A stretch of 62,926 nucleotides of DNA, the filler included, from Basidiobolus meristosporus CBS 931.73 (lineage: Eukaryota > Fungi > Basidiobolomycota), in the NCBI GenBank assembly GCA_002104905.1. It is 3 parts of 3 records of this genome, joined end to end, with 100 filler letters (N's around TTAATTAATTAA, not from the genome) between each part and the next. Parts side by side here need not be neighbours in the genome. Positions count along the whole stretch, not along the records: positions 48,499 to 62,926 come from MCFE01001176.1; 2 more parts are not named here. The stretch is one strand, 5' to 3'. The position numbers and the translations under genes are program-made. Below, one piece after another: positions 51,484-61,266 of the stretch. The notes under the pieces were generated by a model that saw only the letters and a list, made by a program, of their open reading frames with translations, was not told where the DNA came from and ran no database searches. Position 1 is the first letter of the stretch, and every line of letters starts with the position of its first letter.

Positions 51484-52560
51484 TGTAGCGGGGTCACATT
51501 TACACCCACAGGCAGATGTGCTCATTTCCATATGTTCACTTCCCTAAAAAGGATTACCCCCCTATATTAGTATCATCCCAAATTGCAATATTTTCTATCT
51601 GTCTATGTGATTATTACTATTCAACCTGGCAAACTATTTGTCAGTATTAACCCATTGCACAAGCTATTCCTATTCCATGCCAAGACACCAAGATAAGATA
51701 GTTACCATATAATGCAAGTACCCCCAACAGTGTCCATGTCATGTGACCATCCTGGTTTCATAACCCTCCTATCCTACTATCATAAGAGGTATCTACATGG
51801 TACACAGGTTTCATATTACTACCATCTGATTGGCTAGGTGCTACTATGTCTCATGGAAAAATCTACCAAGAATTTGCACTATTTTTAGTACACAACAACA
51901 TGATTGGCTGTCTACTACCTTCTGGAAACTTCTGGAAAGTATTTTCTAGCAAGAATTTGAGCAGTAAAAAAGTATACAAGGGAGGCTATCCCTTAAAATA
52001 AATCATCCCTCTTCCAATATTCTGACTTATTGATTAGTGAGATCACTGCTGCATATTACCACTATTTTCTGACTCAGACCTGACAATACTCCCAGGAAAC
52101 CACGCTGACAGCCAACTGACCTTGGAGGTACTACTTGTAATGAATACATAGAGTAGGTATATTTTATTATATTTGATTGTTTTCCCATGTTTGTTCTTGT
52201 ACAGGCAAAGATACTTTTCAGTATTTGTAAGTATTGGTCAAAGCTGCATTCTTACCAAGTCCCTGTTGGTGGAGTTTACAGTTGTTTTGACTTTGGAAGC
52301 ATTAATACACTTTCATCTCAAAGGACATTGAAGCCATTATAAACTTTTGTTAAGATGCCAACTAAGTTGGGGATTGTAGTTCAATAGTTTTCCCTTGACA
52401 AGCTTGAGGCTTTATCCCCCTTCACATTAGATTAGACAAAAGACCCAGTATTCATAGCAAGCTTTTGCTAGAGGTTATCACACCCAGTGAACACCCCACA
52501 CACATTCACACTTGAGAAGTGTTGGCCATTTTTTGCCCTTTGGACTTATACACCACCACA
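51484..52560 (+). mobile_element. Solo LTR related to the Gypsy LTR, TSD ATGG
   Basis: Termini tgtagcgggg and caccaccaca, 1077 bp, colinear with 21962-23032. atgg occurs at 51480-51483 and 52561-52564. Confidence 0.92.
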
Positions 52561-54302
52561 ATGGTTGCATGGCATTCTCTGACAAGAATGCCTACACTGG
52601 AAGGTGTCTAACTTGTCAGGTATCCATTACCATAGGAGGAAAGCATTGCTCATAATCTGGATATATTCCAGTAGTACCTCTCTACAGAAGCTCATGTAGA
52701 CCAACAGATATTGTGAAGCTGTAAAGTATTGTACTCAGTATCAATTAGGCACAAGCATTTCCAATATATTTGTTGGCAAACATTACAAGAAATAAGAAGC
52801 AAAAGCTACTTTGAAGGTTTATGTGGCCATACTTTTGCCTTGACACTTGATGGATTCTCATTTAACAAGTACTCTACTAGCCAATCCTGCTGGCCACTGA
52901 TTCTGATCAACCTGAGTCTGCTGCCAATCTTATGGTATCAAAGCAGGAATCTGATGGTAGTCTCACTGATATGTGGGCCCAAAACACTGCCCAGCCTGGA
53001 TAGCTACCTGTATCTATTGCTGGATGAATTCTGTAAGCTATTCAGTGGGAATACAGTAAATGGCCCTTACATCAAAGCATATGTTATCATATGCATTGGA
53101 GATACCCCAGCCATCAGCAAGATAGCTATCTTTTCTTGGGACAACAGACAGTATTGCTGTAAAAATTGTGAGATCCAGGGGACTTACTTCATAACTCACA
53201 CACATTACTAATATCTAAATACCAGCACTAAGATAATCATCTTTCCACAGAAAGAACACACAGAAGTCAGCATGCAACTGAAGCAAAGCCAGCAAGCTAT
53301 AAACCATTGGCCAGGATATAGAATTAATCAAACACCAGAAATAATCAAGATTTAAGGAATTAGTTGGAGCAAAAGCTTTCCACTGGGAGCTATGCATTTT
53401 CTCTTTACCAATATCCAAATACTAATGATCAAGTCATACATAAAGCATTTCAAACTAAGTGAACCCTCAAGATATTGGAGAAATTTGAAAGAATTGGCAA
53501 GATATTACAAATTATCCATTATACAAAATACTTCTCACAAGCTCCAGTAATATTCATATGCATATGCAACATTACAAATGCAAGGACTGGATGAACTGGA
53601 TATGTATTTACTCAAGTGGTCTCCTGAAGTAATTTCTACCCAGAGTACATTGGAAGCATTGGGAGTCCTATGCTGACATGTTAGGAATATTAATCCAGAA
53701 GCAGATCACCAATGCCAATTTGACACATCTGTAGCTTTTGTGTGAGAAGTTTGTGGCAAGATTTGAGTGTCTATATTACAAGCATAAAGCTGAATGCGTA
53801 GATCTCTGCCACTATTGCATTCATTCTCTACTCCATCTTGCTCAGTGTGTAGAGAATATTGGGCCATTGCTTGACTTTTAGAAGTTTTATATGGAGTTGA
53901 TGTGTGGAGAAATTGGAAGAAGAGTTAAGTCTCAAGTACTGCTGTATCCAAATCACATCAGGAAAGTTACCCTTGAATCTGTCATGTGGTGATGAGTTAG
54001 CATATAGAGGATGGCAAAGAAGAGTTGGATAATATTGCTTACAGATGTGCACATGGAGACACCTATGCCTTTGGCATTAAGAAGCTCAGCAGCCCCAATG
54101 CATGGGTTATCAGTTACATAGGGCCAGGGTTGGTTGGATGCAGCAAGCAACTAACTCTCATTAGGATCATTTTGCCAAAGTATGCCAGGTGTGTCATGGG
54201 CTCTAGCTGGTTTCTACACCATTCAATATGGAATCCACACAAAGAAGAATGGGGGTGTACCTATAAGAGGGACCAGAATCCAGCAGGGAGAAGGAATATA
54301 TT

Positions 54303-54513
54303 ACACTTGTTCCATCATTCCAGCTGATCATAGTGCCCAATAGTGCAATAGCATGCCAGATGGTGCCTGATCATGCTACAGAGTGCCAGATGGTGCCATA
54401 GAGTGCTAATTTGGGATCAAAATTGACATGCATATGACCCTAAAATGTCAAATTAATAACAAAATATACAGCACTTTCTGGCACTATGATCAATGGCACA
54501 ATGGAACAAGTCT
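54303..54513. mobile_element. 211-bp MITE of the Harbinger/ISL2EU-like family, TSD ATT
   Basis: Ends acacttgttcca and tggaacaagtct. att occurs at 54300-54302 and 54514-54516. The empty site aatattggct is seen in the homologue near 7481. Confidence 0.92.
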
Positions 54514-55039
54514 ATTGGCTAGGCACTGCAAAGTGTTTTGTGGATATTCAAGAGGTATTCATGGCCCAGGTAGTGGCAACCAAGCATATGTTTGCAAAAT
54601 GTATATGCTACCAGTGATACAAGGCATATGGTAACTTTGCAAGTATCACATTGAGAAGCTGCAGAGTTGAGGTAGAAAAATGAAATACCATTTGTAAATT
54701 GGTATAGTACCATTATATAGGACTAGCTATAGACCACCACACTGCCATCATGTAGCCAACAGAAGTCCACATAAAGACCATCAAATACAGTCAAGCTTTT
54801 TACCATATAAGGCAACTGCACATTCTGGCCAATCAGGTAAACCCAGATTAATGTAGACCACTGGAGGGCTGTCATAATGCCACAAAAACCCCTTTGAAGA
54901 ATCATTTAAACACTGTCTAGTGTATTTCCTTATTTGGTAGCTAAAACACCATCATAATCCTGCCATAACATCTTTATACTCCTGCCATAACACTATGCAA
55001 AGGGTCAGGAATTCCAAGCCACATTGATTGTTACAGCTG

Positions 55040-57712
55040 ATCCAGACCAGATCCACTCATAGGATCAAGTTATTTTCATAGGGAGCATTAATGAAGCAAT
55101 TGGTAGCAGTGGCTAATAGGATATATGTAAAGGCCCAGAGAAATGAGGAAACAGTCCTAAGATAGGATAAGTGGATAATGCATGCAGGGCAGTCATTAAC
55201 CCAGGTAGAGAACACAGTATCTTTACTGCAAAGAAGGAACTCAAGCAGCTCAATGGCACAAACCAGAATTGCACCATTTCCCAATATAGCAGTATAGGAA
55301 CACCATACAATCTTTGATTCACAGCAACAGTGCCCAAGGATAATGCCCACAGAGAAACCTATCTCAGCATAGGAGGGGGAGACTGTAATATATATATATA
55401 AGCCTAAAAATCAAAATATTGAAGTTCTCTGAAGTCACAGAGTGCAATGATGATGAGTGGGCTAGTATTCAGGAAGCTGTTAGAAGTCTGGCATGCAATC
55501 ATCCAAAGGCCTGCATACCATGGGACTTTCAGGAACCAAAGGCCATGCAGAATGTGCTTGACCTATTCCATGAGCATTATCCTGGATTCAAACAAGACAA
55601 CAAATCTTGAGCCAGCATAGGTATGCTTCGAAGATACCTCAAGAGTAGCAAAAACTATCAAAGACAGAAGAACAAGGGTTCCATGGCTAAAAATCAGCTG
55701 CTTGCTCAATAACCTGTTGTAGGTAGGGCTGAAAGCTCAATACAAGCAGTACCAAAACATTGGGTAGTTGGACAAGTGCTGGCAAGAGTTTCAAAAGGAG
55801 TAATGCTGACTATAGTATACACTATAAGCCAGATAGAGCAAATCCAGTTCTATTGGCTCTATATGTGGATGATCTTATTATAGCTGCCAATAACCTAGAA
55901 ACATTGGAAGAAACTAAAACCAGCCTATCTAAGGATTTGAAGATGTCCAATCTAGGAGAACTCAGTTACTACTTAGGGATAAAGTTCTCCATAGACAGAA
56001 GTACCCAGACTATCACCCCAAGCAAGTCCATGTATACTCAAGATATACTAAAGAAGTACCAAATGAATGACTATAAACCAGCAGCTACCCCAATGGAGAC
56101 AAACCTTAACTTGGTCAAAACTCAACCAAATCTAGAGAGCTTGGTGCCATCTGAGAGCCCTGACTCTCCTTATCAATCAATGGTTGGCAGTTTGATGTAT
56201 ATCATGCTTGGAACATGTCCAGATATCTCATAATCAGTGGGAGTTGTCAGTCAGCATAATCAGAATCATGGATCTGATCATATTGCAGCAGTTAAGCAGA
56301 TTTTTAGATACCTAAAAGGAACTGCTGATAACTGCTTAAGATACACCTATAAGGATTCAGAGCAGGATCTTGTGGGATATGCTGATGCTGAATTGGGAAA
56401 ACTCAGAAGACAAAAGATCTACCACAGGATACACCTTTCTTTACTGTAAAGGAGCAATCTCATGGAATTCAAGAAAGCAACCAACCATAGCCCTTTCCAC
56501 CACAGAAGCAGATTATATGGCAGCCTGTGAGGCTACAAAAGAAGCAATGTGGCTAAGGAAGCTATTTCAGGACTTAGGCCTATGTCAAAAAATGCCTATT
56601 ACTTTATTTCAAGATAATCAAGGATGTATCCAATTAGGTAGAGATCCAATTTTTCATGCCAGAACTAAGCAATACATATTAGACATCATTTCATATGTGA
56701 AGCTATAGAGAATAACTTAGTTAACTTAGCTTACTGCCCTGCAGGTGAAATGATTGCAAATATATTTACCAGTCCATTAGCTAGAGACAAATTTGAATAT
56801 CTCAAGCCAAAATTAGGACTAGTCAGTATGAACATTTAGTTAAGTGGATGTGTTGTAAAAGTTTGTAATTCCACCTAAATACTCACCTAACCTAGTTGCT
56901 TAGATCATTACCTACAATATCTTAGTGAATACTGACCAAATTCCTTGTTGAGATTACTTAAAATATTTTCACCAAAACATCAGGTACCCAGAACATGAAA
57001 ATTCTCAAAGTTGTCCAAACAGCCCCAAACTTTGCACACATGTTCTTGGGACCTTCCTTAACCTATTCTACATGTTTGCTATGCCAAGACCATGAAAAAA
57101 TATAAATATTACTTTTACATTCAATAAATGATTAAGTGAAAACATTTAATCTACTTGTTCTCCCAGTTACTTCCAATATCTCCAAGACGCATACAACAAA
57201 ACCATAGGGTACCCATCAATGTCATGGGCAAAGGGTGTTAAGGCCAAGACACTTATTGAATGGTGGATTTTAATGGAGTTACTTGTTGAGTGTGCTGTAG
57301 GGCTTAATGTTAGTGGTGGGTATAGGGACTTGTATAGGTCAGTACATTTTACAATTGAGTTACATATGAAGATTCATCAGGAATAAACAATCAATATACA
57401 TGAAAAGTAAGAGCACTGGTTGAGTAAGTAAGCAAGGAGTGTGAAAAAGTGGCAACAGCCAATCAATGTACACAAACATGGGAGATGATCAGGTATCTGG
57501 GATCAGAAAGTGAGAGAAATAGCAAAGGACCAATCAAAAGTAACTTAGGGGCCATTTAGATGAAAAAATCTGACCAAGTTTTTTGGGCAATCTGAGGTTA
57601 AATCTTTTTCTAATAGTTTTTACATGGTGTCCAGCAGCATCAATACCTCTCTGTCACAGGTTTTAAACTTTGTGATGGCCTTCTTATGGGATCATCACCA
57701 TTTTTTATAGGG
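55040..57712 (+). mobile_element. CACTA ORF2 remnant and terminus, fused to a Copia fragment
   Basis: ORF2 homology at 55040-55785 and 57199-57400. The terminus tttttataggg is at 57712. Confidence 0.7.
55786..57198 (+). mobile_element. Copia 3' fragment (RT C-terminal part, RNase H, 3' LTR 56851-57198)
   Basis: LYVDDLII and STTEADYMA motifs. The LTR runs tgttg...caaca. The 5' part is deleted. Confidence 0.92.
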
Positions 57713-58762
57713 GAAGGGGGATATGCTCACAATGTATCATTGAACATTCTTTATCAGTGCTATCCTTGTATAGGCTATATTCAGAAGGCTTAGGTGAGCC
57801 AGAAGGCATCATAGACTCACCCAACTCTGATTGCACATGGTGGCAAGTGCAGCTAGGTGCTGTGTAGTAGTATCAAGTGCATATAGAGTATTTATACATT
57901 TTGGAGAACTTTGTGACAGTGATGATAAGTACATCATGAAGAAGGTTCTTGGAAGCTATGTGCAGGGCTTGAAGGCTTTTTCAAGATGGACTATTGCCAA
58001 CTTCCCAGACTTCACTTACTCCATGCATTAATTAAAGTCTCACAAACTAAATCTTAAGTATATATTAAATGGCTTAGCAATAAGCCAGGTAGAATCTGAC
58101 TTTATGTGAATAATTTAGGCATAAACCAAATATTTACAACAAATAAATCATCAAGTGAAAACCATGGTTCCCATTTATTGTCATAATTATTTGCAATACT
58201 TCCAAAACTGTGGCAACAATGACTATGGTCAAGCCAAACATTACATTAGCAATCTATGTAGAACTGGAATCAGCAAAGGAGTAAGCCATCTTTTTCTTAG
58301 CCTTCATATGCATCTTGGATATCAAAAACTTCAGAAAGAGCTGGGATGAATGATCTACATTTTTCATGTTAACAGGATATACACTATGCAGACCACTTAT
58401 CTACTGGTATATTCAATCAATCAATAGCAATCTGATTTGTCTTGAAAATGCCAAGGCTTTTTCTTCCATTATCCTTAGGTTTGACACTAGCCTCTAATTG
58501 GTAGATTTGCGCAGAATTGGACCAGCATGTCTACCTGTCTCCACTTAGGAGCCTGCGAAACCTGGATATTAGAATTTCCAGAAATAGTTTAATTACAAGT
58601 GGTATTATTGCCAAAGTAAGCAATCAAAGTGTTAATGAATTATATTTCTTTTGGCAACTTGAGAAGGTACCAGTACAACATTTTTTCTTGAGTGATTAAC
58701 CCGTTCAACCAATCACAAGCTAAAGCACGTGGCCTTATCATCAGTACGGATACAAGTGCCGC

Positions 58763-60361
58763 TTACTCATGATGGACAGTGTCGGCCTTGATCAGCGATG
58801 GGCGCGCCAACGCCCCGTCTGGTACGTACAAGGAAATGTGGTTACCAATTATCTCTTCAGATAGGTCTTCAACCCCCTCCAGTGGTTTAGTGCAAGACTC
58901 TTTTCCTTGCAAGCGCGATGTGAACAGGACGAAATTTGCCAATCCCAGGCTGACATAGCGCTTCGACAACAGCATGTTAACTAATAACAAGAAGAGAGCA
59001 GCAGCCGCAACTATTATTATTGTGACAGTGGGTACGTGTTTAGTCTCAGTCACCACTTCGTAGACAGCGGTGCCCCCTATTGAGTCTGCCGCGAATGTTG
59101 CCTCAGCTTCTACGGCTGAATGAGTGTCAGCGGCCGCGGCAAAGACATCGCGTTGGTCAGCTAATGCCTTAGTTGCTATTTTTAGCGATGATATTATCAT
59201 CCTGCGATCCCCTTTGGGCCCGTCTGTCAATCCAGCGTATAGCCATGTTACGGCCCGTATATGTCTATTGACCCTTGGTAATATGTCATGAGGCAAGGGA
59301 CCGCTACTTTCGACCCAGCTTTCGATCGTCGTCGTGCACTCAACCTCGCGAAGCCTCTGTGGTTTGGTAGGTACGCCATACCGCATCGTCATCATACCGC
59401 CTCTGTTTGTGATTGGCCAGCCATAATTGTAGTCTGCATTGTATACATTTTCAAGAATGTCTGCGTCCAGGTCTGCCGACATACCCGTGAAATTTGTACA
59501 AGGCCAGTCGTCCTTCCAACCACCAGTCAAGTTTTTGGACAAAACCGTTTGTTCCGTAGCACTAGTGACAACTGCAAGCGCACTGAAGTGCAGCCCGGAG
59601 CCGATGATCTCGTGTAACTGCAGCGTCGTCTCCGCCTTGTTCATCGGGTTGCTGGACTTGTCTAGCCAAGGGTTCGCGTGGTGCCACACTGCGTATGATT
59701 CGGACTGGTTAAGGCTAACCGGCTGCAGATACAGGTTCTCATTGGACAGTGGTTTGAGGTCCAGCCTCTCCCCCTTGGTTCTATAGCCCATCAAGTACGA
59801 TCCTGGGTATCCCGGCGCGACGCGGGCATTAAGTATTGCATTCAAAGCCGTGCTGTTGTCTATATACGCCGCCGCCTTATGCGCACTGTGCGCTTTGGGA
59901 GCTGTGTAGCTTAACACGTCGAGTTTAGGCAATAATAATGTGCTGGTCTCTCGAAGGGGACAGGCAGAGTAATCGCATGCGCTACGCAGGACGTACAAGT
60001 TGCCATCACGAGTGACAAGTTCACCGCTGAAGATCTGCTTGACTCCATCGTATGACGGGATTGCGCGGTATTCAGCCGCACTGTGAGCTTCCACAACGCT
60101 CAACGCGTCTGTTAGGAAAGGTGACAGAATTGACGCAAAGCTTGCTGCAAACGCAAGCAACACAATAGTAATGCCAATTATACCCCAAGCCCGTCGCCGC
60201 CGTGCAAATAGCGGGACACTGTGCCGAACAAAGGCCAGGGGTGGTAACAGCAACAGCTCCTGCACAGCAAGACTGCCGGTGTAGACGGTAGCCATACTTG
60301 CCAACAAGGTTGCCAACTGTGTGATTAAGAACACAAATAATATATTTTCAAGGCTAAGCAT
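58763..60361 (-). CDS. Intronless 532-aa predicted membrane protein of unknown function (probable host gene)
   Basis: Long uninterrupted ORF that is CpG-rich, unlike its surroundings. Hydrophobic segments lie at the N-terminus, at about aa 59-83 (WGIIGITIVLLAFAASFASIL) and at about aa 445-466 (VTIIIVAAAALFLLLVNMLLS). Sequons NST, NQS, NLT and NFT lie in the loop. Confidence 0.8.
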   Translation of the reverse strand: MLSLENILFVFLITQLATLLASMATVYTGSLAVQELLLLPPLAFVRHSVPLFARRRRAWGIIGITIVLLAFAASFASILSPFLTDALSVVEAHSAAEYRAIPSYDGVKQIFSGELVTRDGNLYVLRSACDYSACPLRETSTLLLPKLDVLSYTAPKAHSAHKAAAYIDNSTALNAILNARVAPGYPGSYLMGYRTKGERLDLKPLSNENLYLQPVSLNQSESYAVWHHANPWLDKSSNPMNKAETTLQLHEIIGSGLHFSALAVVTSATEQTVLSKNLTGGWKDDWPCTNFTGMSADLDADILENVYNADYNYGWPITNRGGMMTMRYGVPTKPQRLREVECTTTIESWVESSGPLPHDILPRVNRHIRAVTWLYAGLTDGPKGDRRMIISSLKIATKALADQRDVFAAAADTHSAVEAEATFAADSIGGTAVYEVVTETKHVPTVTIIIVAAAALFLLLVNMLLSKRYVSLGLANFVLFTSRLQGKESCTKPLEGVEDLSEEIIGNHISLYVPDGALARPSLIKADTVHHE

Positions 60362-60741
60362 GCAAAGTTTTGACAGTCCTGGCAGAAAAGCGTATCAAGG
60401 TGTGTAAAACGTTGATGAGAATTTTGGGGAGACGTTATTCACTATTGTTCAGACACTCCGGCGGCTCTATTATAGGAGACCATAGCTAGTACACCTAAGG
60501 ATCATACTACAACAAGCCATTGCACCAACAACCTAATATACATTTGTTTCTCGACATCAAGTGTGGCAGCACTAATATCAGGTATAATTGCCATCTTACA
60601 AACCACAGCAATTAGACCTGACTGTCACACCCCAAGCAATAGCAGCTCAAATAAAAAAACATTAAACTGCATTTACACCAAAAAATTGTGCACTGCTGAT
60701 TGCAGGAGCCAATGTAGTAAGCGTGTCACCACACATATTGG

Positions 60742-61045
60742 TGTTGTAAAAATTCGTAATTCCACCTAAATATTCACCTAACTTAGTCACTTAGATCATT
60801 ACCTTCAATACCTTAGTGAATACTGACCAAATTCCTTGTCAGGATTTACTTGGAATATTTTCACCAGAGCATCAGGTACCCAGAACATGAAAATTCTCAA
60901 AGTTGTCCAAACAGCCCCAAACTTTGCACACATGTTCTTGGGACCTTCCTTAACCTATTCTACATGTTTGCTATGCCAAGACCATGAAAAAATATAAATA
61001 TTACTTTTACATTCAATAAATCATTAAGTTAGAATCACATAATCT
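60742..61045 (+). repeat. Copia LTR truncated at its 3' end
   Basis: Matches the family LTR from tgttgtaaaa to cataatct and lacks the last 45 bp or so. No PBS, PPT or internal sequence is adjacent. Confidence 0.93.
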
Positions 61046-61266
61046 TAGGGTTAGGGGGGAGACAGTCACCAACAGGTGAAATCTTTATTTCAGCTGAAGC
61101 AAAGAAGCCAGCGCTACTGTTTTAGCTTTGATACAAGAATGTGTAGCTGAGGGGAGTTTGTAGGTAAGTTAATAAGAAATGTTGATAGTTCTTCAGTGCT
61201 CAAGACACTGTTCAGTGAGAAGGGGGGTAGCAAGAGAGGTAAGAGTGACTTGTGAACAACATTAAT
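61045..61266 (-). mobile_element. 5'-truncated (about 220 bp) LINE copy ending in CCCCCCTAACCCTAA
   Basis: About 94% identical by eye to 61267-61486. AATAAA lies on minus at 61084-61089. ttagggttaggg is at 61045-61056. Confidence 0.88.

Larger units (their letters stand above)
49921..54900 (+). mobile_element. Degenerate CACTA element (ORF2 5' part on minus, transposase on plus) with three nested inserts
   Basis: Homologous to 46700-48398 and 5050-8050. ORF 52729-53211 has FALTLDGFSFNKY..CWPLILINLSLLP..GPKTLPSLDSYL. Confidence 0.75.

Noticed and set aside
56851-61045. LTR-mediated retrotransduction of the membrane-protein gene
   Set aside because: There is no PBS after the left LTR (which is the 3' LTR of a Copia fragment) and no PPT before the right LTR.
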